Positions 41,100 to 50,381 of a stretch of 64,000 bases of DNA are shown here, one piece after another. A program made the position numbers and the translations under genes. The stretch is from Bacteroidota bacterium. Its GTDB lineage: Bacteria; Bacteroidota; Bacteroidia; UBA7662; JAIXUI01. The DNA lies in assembly GCA_027484125.1 (NCBI GenBank), contig JAIXUI010000040.1:1426-65425 (forward strand). Reading direction: 5' to 3'. The notes below the pieces were generated by a model, which worked only from the letters and a program-made list of their open reading frames with translations, had not been told where the DNA came from and did not search any database. Every line of letters starts with the position of its first letter. Position 1 is the first letter of the stretch.

Positions 41100-41186
41100 A
41101 CCACCCTTGATTGGAAGGGGCTAAATGCCCTAAAAGTGTTAACAAATACAAATATGTCCGCCTGATTAGTAATTTTACTGCTAATC

Positions 41187-42440
41187 ATGAGAAAATTTCA
41201 ACTATTCTTCTCGCTAGTATTGCTTTTGGCAGCAGCTTTCTGTCCTCCATCCTACAGCTCCCCTATCCATAGACTCGAGGAGTGTTCGAATATTGAAATG
41301 CAACCCGACAAAAGCATTAAAGGCTCCTTTACCAACTTTCTAGAGTCAGACAGCAATAGACTACAGATCAAATCCCTCATTGGAAATACTTCCTCCATCA
41401 ATCAATCTATAACTACGGATACACTGAGCGCCTTTGGTTTGCTCACCCCTGCCAACAACAGTACGTTAAATATCCCCCTTTCAGGAACCGGAACGATTGG
41501 CATTAACTGGGGAAGTTCGGTCTCGGTTAGCGGAAATCCGGTGACCTACGAATGGATGGTAGCCCCAGCTGGTGGCAACTTTAACAGCCCACTGATCACC
41601 CTTCCCTCCAATAACTCCGGCACTGACACTGCGCTAAGTTTAACTTTCGCTCAACTCAACAGCCTTATGAATGCCACCGGCGCCTTGCCAGGACAAACCT
41701 ACTCGGCCATCTGGACTGTAAAAGCCACCTCCGGAACACTTAGTAGATTCTCCAGCAACATTTTCAATGTCAACATTTTTCGAATAAACGATACACTAAC
41801 AGTTTTTAGCTTGATAGCGCCTGCTAACAATGCCTCACTCAATCTAACAGGATCCGCAACACAAACTGTCCAATTTAACTGGGGAAGAACTCGTTTACCA
41901 AACACCCTTCCAGTTACTTATACTTGGCTCATTATTGCTAATAATGGAAGTTTTGCTAACCCAATTACATCCATTTTAGCCGACAACAACGGGAGAGACA
42001 GTGTATTAACCCTCACTTATGGCCAAATCACCAACTTGCTAAGCACCAACGGCATCACTCCGGGAAGCGTTTTTCAAGCCAAATGGACCATCAGAGCTTC
42101 TGCTGGAACCGCAGCCAGATTCGCTTCAGCCACCTACAACCTAGCCCTTAGCTACAATAACGTTACTGCAACAGCGGAGCGAGAATTAGACAGTCAACTA
42201 TTGCTGTATCCCAATCCATCTGCTCCGGGACAGACGCAGTTAAGGCTCCAACTTGAGCAAGCTGCTGACCTAGAAATCCAGTTAACAGATTTACAGGGCA
42301 GAATTTTACACCGCCTACAAGAGCAGGGAATATCCTCTTCAACCCTATCGCTACCAACAGTAGGCCTTCTACCGGGTTGTTATTTGGTAATTATCCGGAG
42401 TGATTCAGGCAGAATTGTAAAAAAACTACAGATTCGTTAA
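41187..42440 (+). CDS. T9SS-secreted protein: signal peptide, two ~120-aa repeats of unknown family, and Por_Secre_tail C-terminal domain
   Basis: The CTD reads LLLYPNPSAPGQTQLRL...LTDLQGRIL...LPGCYLVII. The repeats begin LSAFGLLTPANNSTLNIP... and LTVFSLIAPANNASLNLT... Confidence 0.7.
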   Translation: MRKFQLFFSLVLLLAAAFCPPSYSSPIHRLEECSNIEMQPDKSIKGSFTNFLESDSNRLQIKSLIGNTSSINQSITTDTLSAFGLLTPANNSTLNIPLSGTGTIGINWGSSVSVSGNPVTYEWMVAPAGGNFNSPLITLPSNNSGTDTALSLTFAQLNSLMNATGALPGQTYSAIWTVKATSGTLSRFSSNIFNVNIFRINDTLTVFSLIAPANNASLNLTGSATQTVQFNWGRTRLPNTLPVTYTWLIIANNGSFANPITSILADNNGRDSVLTLTYGQITNLLSTNGITPGSVFQAKWTIRASAGTAARFASATYNLALSYNNVTATAERELDSQLLLYPNPSAPGQTQLRLQLEQAADLEIQLTDLQGRILHRLQEQGISSSTLSLPTVGLLPGCYLVIIRSDSGRIVKKLQIR

Positions 42441-42561
42441 TCGAGAACGCGACTTTCTGGTAGAAGGGATTATTTAAATAAAGCCTTTTTTCTCTAAATA
42501 AGAATCCGCTCATTACTCAAACAACAACCCATCTACGGCCATAAATCTCAATCTACCCTAT

Positions 42562-42569
42562 TAGTTTTG
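42562..42569 (+). promoter_or_regulatory. candidate -7 box TAgtTTTG upstream of the large T9SS cargo gene
   Basis: TAnnTTTG match 34 nt upstream of the ATG at 42604, within the recurring 14-mer ctattagttttgaa. Confidence 0.3.
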
Positions 42570-42603
42570 AATTTCTCCTGCTAAATTTGAAAAAAATTAA
42601 ACC

Positions 42604-45288
42604 ATGAGGAAAATAAACACTCTTATCGCTATTATAATTCTATGTTGTGAATTATCCTATGGACAGCTTGGATACTTTAGTTCAGGCACCACCCAATTCT
42701 TAGGAACTTACAGCTCATTAAGTAGCACAACAGGGAACACTATTGTTACCGACTCCCTAGATAACGGACTTTCAGATTCTCTACCTATTGGATTTACCTT
42801 CCATTTTAACCAGCAAACATTCACACATTTCATTTTTGGCACGAATGGTTTTATTAAGCTCGGAAAAAGTCTTCCATCCACTCCTAATTTATTTCTCAAC
42901 CAAGCTCAACAATTCGGTTTTAGCCCTTTTAACTCACCTTCTGCAGCTGACTCGAATTTAGTTCTTCCTTTTGCGTTTGATTTAGAGCCCTCTACAGTTG
43001 TAACTCCCGATTTTCGCTATCACACTACAGGAACGATTGGAAATAGAGTTTTAACCATTCAATGGAAAGGTGTATCTGATAAAGTTCCTAGCAATGTTGC
43101 AGGAAGCCTTAAACAGTATAGCAGCCTTGAATTTCAGATTAAGCTTTTTGAAGGAAGTAATAATATCCAGTTTGTATATGGCAATTTTATCCCTACCTCC
43201 TTTACAGATCAGCCTCGTTATGCCGCAGTTGGAATTAAAGGTATTGGTAATACTTTTTCCGATTTAGTGTCGCTTCTTAAATTTTCCACAAGTGCATGGA
43301 ACAGCGCTACAGCACAAGTTTCTATCAATACATTTAATTTCAGGAATAATGTAAATCCTACAGTAGGACAAACTTTCAGTTTCAACGCAGTTTCAGTTGA
43401 TGTTATAAACCTTGGACTAATTGGAACCCCTGTAGCATGCAGCCATATTCCAATGAATCATAAAATATCATTAAAATTTAGGTGTAATGGCCCTTATCTT
43501 GTTAATCGAATAGTGGCCAATTATCAAAAAATAGGCGGGCCTATTATTACTGAAGTCATTAATAACATTGCTTCTAACAGAGACACCACTTATGAATTTC
43601 AAAGTCCATTGATAGCTTCCACTTCTGGAGATTCTGTACGTTTTTGGTTAACTACTATGAATGATTCAGACCCAACAAATAATGTTGCAGGCTGTCGATT
43701 TCCGTTATTTGGCCCGAATAGCACATTTCCCTACATACAAAACTTCAATTCCCCAAACGGTTGGAATATTGAACAAATTGCTCTGGGATCAACTGGTTCT
43801 CCTGGAAATTGGGTTTATAGAACCACACCAATTACATTTCCAGTGCCATTTTACCCTGGAAGTCCATTTCTTCACTTTGACTCCTATTCATTTCGAGAGG
43901 AAACCCGGTCTAGGTTAGTTTTTAAATGTGGATTTGACTTCAGTAATTTACAATTTCCACAAGTGTCTTTTAAAATGACAAAAGACAACAGCTACAGAGA
44001 TACCTTGCCAAACGGAAGTTTTCGGTATCCTGATAGAGTAATTCTTCTAGCTTCGACTAATAATGGAGCAACTTTTGTCGAAATAGATTCAGTATTTCGC
44101 CCGCACAGAATTCCTCATCCAAACAATCTAACATTTGATACATACATCTTCAAATTAGACTCTTTTGCCTATCAACCCAATGTAATCATTGCTCTTGACG
44201 CTGTAAGTGGCTATGGGTCAGATATTTCAATTGATTCTTTGGTCATTTCTAATACCACCGACACGTTGAAATCTTTTTCTTTACTCGCGCCAGCGAATGG
44301 AAATAGCATAAATATTCCTGCTCAGCCTTCCTTTTATACTTTCAATTGGCAAAAAAGTACTCGGTCCCTTCAAGGCCCTGTGGTCAATTATAAAATACTG
44401 TTTGCAACGGCCAATGGCAACTTCAACAATCCTATCTTCAGCATCCCCTCTAACAATAATGGGTTAGATAGCTTTTTGGTTATTTCTTGGGCAGATATCG
44501 AAAACTTCTTGGCCAATAATGGGATTTTAAATGGCCAATCTGCCAATCTTAAATGGACGGTGGAAGCCACTTCCGGAAATAGAAAAACCTTTGCAAGTAG
44601 TTCTTTTCTCATCAGCTTTACAAGACCAGCTGTTTCAGATACAATTCAACAGTTCAATTTAATTTCTCCTTCAAATAATTCAACTATAAACGTTTCAGCA
44701 GGGAATGGTTTAGCTATTGATGTACTTTGGCAAAGAACAAAAACGGTAAGCAATCAATCAATTAGATATGAATGGCTATTAGATTTTCCAACAGGAGATT
44801 TTACTAACCCAATCATTGTGCTATCAGCTAACAATTCAGGCTCAGACAGCATCCTTACCCTTACTCATGCCAACCTAGTTTCAATTCTTAATGTAAATGG
44901 TTTTTCACCCGGGCAAACTGTACCGCTCAAATGGACAACAAGGGCTCGAACATCCTGGTTGAATCGTATTGCTAGCTTGCCGCATAACCTAATTGTGAAC
45001 TTCGATTTCCCAGTTTCGGCAAATGAGATGAATTCAAAAGACCGTATCATCTTGTATCCCAACCCTTCTAAATCGGGCGAAAGCAGACTTAAATTAAATC
45101 TTGTTCAAGATTCAGAGGTGCAAATTCAAGTTACTGACCTACAAGGACGCGTTCTGAACACTAGTATAGAGAAAGAAGTAAGACAAAAAGAAATCCTCTT
45201 GCCTACTATGGGATTAAGTCCGGGCATGTATTTAGTTGTGGTACAATACGACACAGCACGAATTATTCATAAACTTCAGCTGAACTAA
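42604..45288 (+). CDS. large T9SS-secreted protein: ~540-aa N-terminal region of unknown fold, two copies of the same ~120-aa repeat, and Por_Secre_tail CTD
   Basis: Repeats LKSFSLLAPANGNSINIP...KWTVEATSGNRKTFASSSF and IQQFNLISPSNNSTINVS...KWTTRARTSWLNRIASLPH. The CTD reads ILYPNPSKSGESRLKL...VTDLQGRVL...LSPGMYLVVV. Sequence is visibly AT-rich. Confidence 0.7.
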   Translation: MRKINTLIAIIILCCELSYGQLGYFSSGTTQFLGTYSSLSSTTGNTIVTDSLDNGLSDSLPIGFTFHFNQQTFTHFIFGTNGFIKLGKSLPSTPNLFLNQAQQFGFSPFNSPSAADSNLVLPFAFDLEPSTVVTPDFRYHTTGTIGNRVLTIQWKGVSDKVPSNVAGSLKQYSSLEFQIKLFEGSNNIQFVYGNFIPTSFTDQPRYAAVGIKGIGNTFSDLVSLLKFSTSAWNSATAQVSINTFNFRNNVNPTVGQTFSFNAVSVDVINLGLIGTPVACSHIPMNHKISLKFRCNGPYLVNRIVANYQKIGGPIITEVINNIASNRDTTYEFQSPLIASTSGDSVRFWLTTMNDSDPTNNVAGCRFPLFGPNSTFPYIQNFNSPNGWNIEQIALGSTGSPGNWVYRTTPITFPVPFYPGSPFLHFDSYSFREETRSRLVFKCGFDFSNLQFPQVSFKMTKDNSYRDTLPNGSFRYPDRVILLASTNNGATFVEIDSVFRPHRIPHPNNLTFDTYIFKLDSFAYQPNVIIALDAVSGYGSDISIDSLVISNTTDTLKSFSLLAPANGNSINIPAQPSFYTFNWQKSTRSLQGPVVNYKILFATANGNFNNPIFSIPSNNNGLDSFLVISWADIENFLANNGILNGQSANLKWTVEATSGNRKTFASSSFLISFTRPAVSDTIQQFNLISPSNNSTINVSAGNGLAIDVLWQRTKTVSNQSIRYEWLLDFPTGDFTNPIIVLSANNSGSDSILTLTHANLVSILNVNGFSPGQTVPLKWTTRARTSWLNRIASLPHNLIVNFDFPVSANEMNSKDRIILYPNPSKSGESRLKLNLVQDSEVQIQVTDLQGRVLNTSIEKEVRQKEILLPTMGLSPGMYLVVVQYDTARIIHKLQLN

Positions 45289-45311
45289 TCAATCACGACT
45301 TTCTTTTGCAC

Positions 45312-45345
45312 ATGGGGATACACTGAAAAGGGTATCCCCTTTTTC
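45312..45345 (+). terminator. rho-independent terminator after the T9SS cargo genes
   Basis: ggggatac-(10-nt loop)-gtatcccc followed by tttttc ttt. Confidence 0.55.
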
Positions 45346-45380
45346 TTTCAGGGCAAAAAGGAAGGTAGTACCTTCGTCCT

Positions 45381-46586
45381 GTGAAAGAAAACCGCCCCTT
45401 CCCTATTCTGGAACTTAAATCAGGCCGGGAACGATCAGTCAAACATTTCCATCCCTGGCTCTTTTCAGGAGCAGTAAAACAGTTTCCGGTAGCTAAAGAA
45501 GGTGAAGTAGCAGAAGTTCGAACCAACCAAGGCGAAATTTTGGCCTACGGATTTATCAGCCCAAGCAGTCAGATTCTCTGTAGGTTGTTTCATTTTGGCG
45601 AAGCGCAAGACTTTGAAACCGTTGACTATTGGGCTACTAAGCTGGAAAAAGCTTTCGCCTACCGAAAAGAATTACTAAACAGGGTAGAAGGTGAAACCAA
45701 TTGCTACCGCCTGATACACGCCGAGGGCGACTTTTTCCCGGGCATCATCGCCGACGTTTACGGCGAAACCGTGGTATTGCAAGTGCTGATTAAAGGCACA
45801 GAGCTAAGACTACCTTTGATTACGGCGGCCATTACCCAAGTTACCGGGTTGAAGCGCTTTTACCTGAAAACCAAAGACAGTTCGGGTAGAATTGAAAAAA
45901 TAACCTTAAAAGCAGGCTGGCTCAACGAAGCCGAGGCTCTTCCTATGCCGCTCCAAGTTTTAGAAAATGGATTGAAGTTTCACGTTGACATTGAAAAAGG
46001 GCAGAAAACAGGATTCTTTCTAGACCAAAGAGACAACCGACAATTGGTAAGAACCCTTTCATCGGGTAAAAAAGTACTCAATGCCTTCAGCTATACCGGC
46101 GGATTCAGTCTTTATGCAGGGGCCGGAGGAGCACGAGAGGTTCATTCAGTGGATATCTCCAAAGAAGCTGTTGCACAAGGAGAAGAGAATTTTCGCCTCA
46201 ACTTTGGAACTGAAATTCCACACCAAAGCTTAGCTCAAGACTGCTTCCAATATTTACGCAGTTGCGACGAAGACTTCGACCTCATGATTTTAGATCCACC
46301 GGCTTTTGCCAAGAACGCCAAAGCAGTAGATAATGCGTGCCGCGGTTACAAAGACCTCAATCTCTCCGCCATGAGAAAAATAAAATCGGGCGGAGATTTG
46401 TTAACTTATTCCTGTTCTCAAAACATCACCCCGGATTTATTCAGAAAAGTGGTATTCGCAGCCGCGGCAGATTCAGGGAGAGAAGTGAGAATTGTGAAAA
46501 CCTTAACCCAAGCCAGTTGTCATCCCATCAACATTTACCATCCCGAAGGAGAATACCTCAAAGGACTTTGGTTAAAAGTGTATTAA
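45381..46586 (+). CDS. rlmI: 23S rRNA m5C1962 methyltransferase RlmI-like (PUA + SAM methyltransferase)
   Basis: GTG start. HPWLFSGAV, TGFFLDQRDNR, CRGYKDLN and EGEYLKGLWLKVY align block-for-block with E. coli RlmI. Confidence 0.85.
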   Translation: MKENRPFPILELKSGRERSVKHFHPWLFSGAVKQFPVAKEGEVAEVRTNQGEILAYGFISPSSQILCRLFHFGEAQDFETVDYWATKLEKAFAYRKELLNRVEGETNCYRLIHAEGDFFPGIIADVYGETVVLQVLIKGTELRLPLITAAITQVTGLKRFYLKTKDSSGRIEKITLKAGWLNEAEALPMPLQVLENGLKFHVDIEKGQKTGFFLDQRDNRQLVRTLSSGKKVLNAFSYTGGFSLYAGAGGAREVHSVDISKEAVAQGEENFRLNFGTEIPHQSLAQDCFQYLRSCDEDFDLMILDPPAFAKNAKAVDNACRGYKDLNLSAMRKIKSGGDLLTYSCSQNITPDLFRKVVFAAAADSGREVRIVKTLTQASCHPINIYHPEGEYLKGLWLKVY

Positions 46587-46589
46587 TCC

Positions 46590-47321
46590 ATGTATAACGA
46601 CATACGTCCGCAACCCTTTCAGCTGCTTCCGGAAGGAATTAAAAACCTGCTTATTATCAACGGACTTCTGTTCTTTGGAACAGAAGTACTTGAAGGCTAC
46701 GGCATCAAGCTAAGAGATATTTTAGGATTGCATTTGCCACAATCCGCTGCATTTGCCTTCTACCAGCCCATCACTCATCTCTTTATGCATGCAGGCATTG
46801 GGCATTTGCTCTTCAATATGCTTACACTTTGGATGTTTGGCAGCACTTTAGAAAACATCTGGGGAACCAAACGTTTTCTCCTATTCTTCTTCCTATCAGG
46901 GCTTGGAGCTGCATTTATCCATTATCTGGTAACCTATCTAGTAGAAATACGCCCCATTTTAGACGCCATCGACGGGCAGTTGAGGACAGCTTCGGGGGCA
47001 GAAGTGATGTATTTAGAAGACCAACGGGCACAAGTACTCTCAGCGCCCAACATCATCGGCGCATCCGGCGGTATTTCAGGCGTTTGGATTGCCTTCGCTT
47101 ATTTATTCCCTAACAGCTTGCTATACCTCTATTTTCTTTTCCCCATCAAGGCGAAGTATTTGGCCATTTTCTATGTGGTTTACGAGCTTTACGCGGCCTT
47201 CAGTCAGATGGCCCTTAATTCGGGCGATAACGTGGCCCACTTTGCCCACCTAGGAGGCATGTTGTTCGGATTTATTGCCGTTAAATACATCTTTCAAACC
47301 AACCGAAATCATTTTTACTGA
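46590..47321 (+). CDS. rhomboid-family intramembrane serine protease
   Basis: Catalytic GASGGISGV (Ser) and AHLGGMLFG (His), with HxxxN LFNML. Confidence 0.85.
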   Translation: MYNDIRPQPFQLLPEGIKNLLIINGLLFFGTEVLEGYGIKLRDILGLHLPQSAAFAFYQPITHLFMHAGIGHLLFNMLTLWMFGSTLENIWGTKRFLLFFFLSGLGAAFIHYLVTYLVEIRPILDAIDGQLRTASGAEVMYLEDQRAQVLSAPNIIGASGGISGVWIAFAYLFPNSLLYLYFLFPIKAKYLAIFYVVYELYAAFSQMALNSGDNVAHFAHLGGMLFGFIAVKYIFQTNRNHFY

Positions 47322-48223
47322 TGGCACAATCGCTTTTTGAAGACATAAAAAGCACTTTTTCGAGGCGTGACGATTCTCTTACCAAGCTCATCATCCTCAA
47401 CGTTGCCATTTTCGTACTCGTCAGTTTTGTAGACGTTACGATAAAATTGCTGCAACTCAACAGCCAACTCAGCTTCGACATCTTCCGGTGGTTGAGCGTA
47501 CCAGCTTCTTTAAATGAACTGCTTTATAAACCATGGACGCTAATCACCTACATGTTTTTGCATAGAGGTTTCTTCCATTTGCTATTCAACATGTTGTGGT
47601 TCTATTGGATCGGGCAGATTTTCCAAGAGTACCTAGGTTCTAAAAAACTCATGGCCGCCTATTTCACCGGTGGGTTAGTGGGCGCGCTGGTATTCATCAT
47701 TGCCTATAACGTATTTCCACTTTTTAGCCCAATAAGGGATGTTGCAACCGCTGTAGGTGCTTCTGCCGGCGTGCTGGCAATCGTAGTAGGTGCAGCCACC
47801 CTGTTGCCCGATTACCGCATCAGACTATTGCTTTTCGGAGATGTTCCTTTGAAATATTTGGCATTGGCATCGGTTGTACTCGATGTACTTTCAGTTGCCG
47901 GAGAAAATGCCGGTGGTGCATTTGCCCACTTAGGAGGTGCAGCTTTCGGGTTTGTTTACATTAAGCAATTGAGAGAAGGCAGGGATTTAGGAGCTTGGTT
48001 CAATCAATTGATGGCCCTCACAGACAGAAAAGCAAAACCCGCAAAAAGAACCAGCCCGGTATCCAAGCCACCCTTGTCCAAAACAACCGTTGGGCCCGAC
48101 TCCTCTAAATCACCATCCCAAGCAGAGATAGATGCCATTTTGGACAAAATCTCTGAAAAAGGCTATGATGCGCTAACGGCGGAGGAAAAAGCATTGCTCT
48201 TCAGAGCTGGCGGAAAAAGATAA
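47321..48223 (+). CDS. second rhomboid-family intramembrane protease, with C-terminal cytoplasmic tail
   Basis: GASAGVLAIVV (Ser), AHLGGAAFGFVYI (His) and LFNMLWFYW. It overlaps the upstream rhomboid by 1 bp. Confidence 0.8.
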   Translation: MAQSLFEDIKSTFSRRDDSLTKLIILNVAIFVLVSFVDVTIKLLQLNSQLSFDIFRWLSVPASLNELLYKPWTLITYMFLHRGFFHLLFNMLWFYWIGQIFQEYLGSKKLMAAYFTGGLVGALVFIIAYNVFPLFSPIRDVATAVGASAGVLAIVVGAATLLPDYRIRLLLFGDVPLKYLALASVVLDVLSVAGENAGGAFAHLGGAAFGFVYIKQLREGRDLGAWFNQLMALTDRKAKPAKRTSPVSKPPLSKTTVGPDSSKSPSQAEIDAILDKISEKGYDALTAEEKALLFRAGGKR

Positions 48224-48225
48224 AA

Positions 48226-49332
48226 GTGAAAATTATCGGTGTACTCAAGCAACTGCGGTTCTCGCTATTTAGCCTGAATATCCTTTGGGTGATATTCAGC
48301 CTTTGTTGCTACCTAAGCGGTTGGGTCAATCCGGTTTTGTTTTGGCCAGTCCATTTCCTCAGCTATTGCTCTTACCTACTATTGGTTGGCCATATCGGCT
48401 TTTTACTATGGTGGATTAGCAGTAAGCGCTATCAGAGGCTCTTGATATCCTTGGTTTGCTTGCTTATTGGAGCACCTTATTTCAGCCCTATGTTTCAGTG
48501 GCGATTTTCTGATGATCCCCAAAATCGCAATCCGGGAAGCGTGCGCATGCTAACCTACAACTTGCAGCTATTCCGTCATAGCAGTAGCAAAAACCCACAA
48601 CCTACCATCGATTCTATTCGAAACTTTATCTTCAAGTATCAGCCTGATGTTATTTGTTTTCAGGAATACTCCACCTACCTAAGAAAACGTTGGCAACAAA
48701 AACTAACACAAAACTTGGCCGATAGTGGATACCGTTATTACCACGTGTCCATTATTAGAAAAACCGACAACGAAGCACAAGGCATGGCCATCTTTAGCAA
48801 GTTTCCAATTATTGGAAAAGGCAGCATCTCGCTTCGAAAAATATCCAAACTCAACGGCTGCATCTATGCAGATATCGTGCTTCCACAAGACACCTTTCGC
48901 GTTTACAACCTCCATCTACAGAGCAACCTGATAAAAACAGAAGAGTATTCCTACATGAATGAGGTAAAAGAAGACTCCTACCTACAAAGGATGATCGTCA
49001 TTCGTGTACTGAGAAAAATTAAGGAAGCAGTCATCAAGCGCAGTCAGCAAGCGGCCGGTATTTCATCAGCCATTCGCCAATCCCCATTTCCTGCCATTGT
49101 AATGGGCGATTTCAACGACCCACCGAGCAGTTATGTTTACCGAATACTGAGAAACCAGTTAAATGACCCCTTTGTAACTACAGGATCAGGGAGAGGAGGA
49201 ACCTATAACGGACCATTGCCAACATTCAGAATCGACTATTTACTTCATGATACCAAGCTCAATGCGGAAGCCTATTATCAACTTAAGCCTGACTTTTCAG
49301 ACCATTTTCCAGTAATGATAGACTTCAAGTAA
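48226..49332 (+). CDS. membrane-anchored endonuclease/exonuclease/phosphatase (EEP) family protein
   Basis: 2-3 N-terminal TM helices, then MLTYNLQ, DVICFQEYS, MGDFNDPP and DYLLH EEP blocks. Confidence 0.75.
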   Translation: MKIIGVLKQLRFSLFSLNILWVIFSLCCYLSGWVNPVLFWPVHFLSYCSYLLLVGHIGFLLWWISSKRYQRLLISLVCLLIGAPYFSPMFQWRFSDDPQNRNPGSVRMLTYNLQLFRHSSSKNPQPTIDSIRNFIFKYQPDVICFQEYSTYLRKRWQQKLTQNLADSGYRYYHVSIIRKTDNEAQGMAIFSKFPIIGKGSISLRKISKLNGCIYADIVLPQDTFRVYNLHLQSNLIKTEEYSYMNEVKEDSYLQRMIVIRVLRKIKEAVIKRSQQAAGISSAIRQSPFPAIVMGDFNDPPSSYVYRILRNQLNDPFVTTGSGRGGTYNGPLPTFRIDYLLHDTKLNAEAYYQLKPDFSDHFPVMIDFK

Positions 49333-49383
49333 TGTGAAGATTTCAACCCCTGCAAATTACTCTGAATAAAGGGATTATTTCTC

Positions 49384-49391
49384 TACCTTTG
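49384..49391 (+). promoter_or_regulatory. candidate -7 box TAccTTTG upstream of prs
   Basis: TAnnTTTG match 18 nt upstream of the ATG at 49410. Confidence 0.3.
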
Positions 49392-49409
49392 CAGCACTTT
49401 CCGGGACTT

Positions 49410-50372
49410 ATGGGCAACTTTTCAGACCGACCTACCAAGATTTTCGCGGGCGAATCCTCTCGATATTTAGCAGAAGAAATCGCACGCGCTTACGGTAGCC
49501 CACTGGGCGATAAGTCGTTGAGCCGATTCAGCGACGGAGAGTTTCAGCCCTGCTTCAATGAATCCGTAAGAGGCGCCGACGTTTTCCTGATTCAATCTAC
49601 CTTCGCTCCACAAGACAACTTGATGGAGCTTTTGCTTATGATTGATGCAGCAAAACGCGCTTCAGCTCATTACATCACAGCGGTTATCCCGTATTTCGGG
49701 CTGGCCCGTCAAGATCGAAAAGACAAACCCCGTGTAGCCATAGGCGCTCGCTTGGTTGCAGACATGATTTCCAAAGCCGGCGTATATCGCGTGATGACGA
49801 TGGATTTGCATGCCGCACAAATTCAAGGCTTTTTTAGTGTTCCCGTTGATCACCTTGACTCATCCACCATTTTCATCCCTTATATCAAACAGCTAAAGCT
49901 GGAAAACCTCACCATAGCGGCACCCGACATGGGCGCTGCGCCCAGAGCCAGGGTGTTCACCAAACACCTAGGCTGCGATATGGTGGTTTGCGATAAAACC
50001 CGAGCCCGCGCTAATGTCATTGAAAGCATTACACTCATCGGAGATGTGAAAGACCGCGATGTTGTGATTGTGGATGACATAGTTGACACCGCCGGAACTA
50101 TTTGCAAAGTGGCGGATGAAATGATGAGAAAAGGCGCTCGTAGTGTTAGAGCCATGTGTACTCATCCGGTTCTTTCAGGCAAAGCCTATCAAAACATTGA
50201 AAACTCCGCGCTCACCGAGCTCGTTGTTACTAATACCATTCCGCTTAAACAGGAATCAAGCAAGATTAAAGTGCTCAGCGTAGCCGACATCTTCGCCAAA
50301 ACCATTCAAAGCGTGACTGAAAACACCTCCATCAGTCACCTGTTCGAAATTTCAGTAAGACAAAACCCATAA
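49410..50372 (+). CDS. prs: ribose-phosphate pyrophosphokinase (PRPP synthetase)
   Basis: KIFAGESSRYLAEEIA, FSDGEF and the PRPP-binding VIVDDIVDTAGT block. I chose MGNFSD at 49410 as the start. Confidence 0.93.
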   Translation: MGNFSDRPTKIFAGESSRYLAEEIARAYGSPLGDKSLSRFSDGEFQPCFNESVRGADVFLIQSTFAPQDNLMELLLMIDAAKRASAHYITAVIPYFGLARQDRKDKPRVAIGARLVADMISKAGVYRVMTMDLHAAQIQGFFSVPVDHLDSSTIFIPYIKQLKLENLTIAAPDMGAAPRARVFTKHLGCDMVVCDKTRARANVIESITLIGDVKDRDVVIVDDIVDTAGTICKVADEMMRKGARSVRAMCTHPVLSGKAYQNIENSALTELVVTNTIPLKQESSKIKVLSVADIFAKTIQSVTENTSISHLFEISVRQNP

Positions 50373-50381
50373 TTAAATAAC

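Noticed and set aside
45293-45526. 77-aa minus-strand ORF overlapping the rlmI start
   Set aside because: It overlaps the terminator hairpin and the conserved RlmI N-terminus on the opposite strand.
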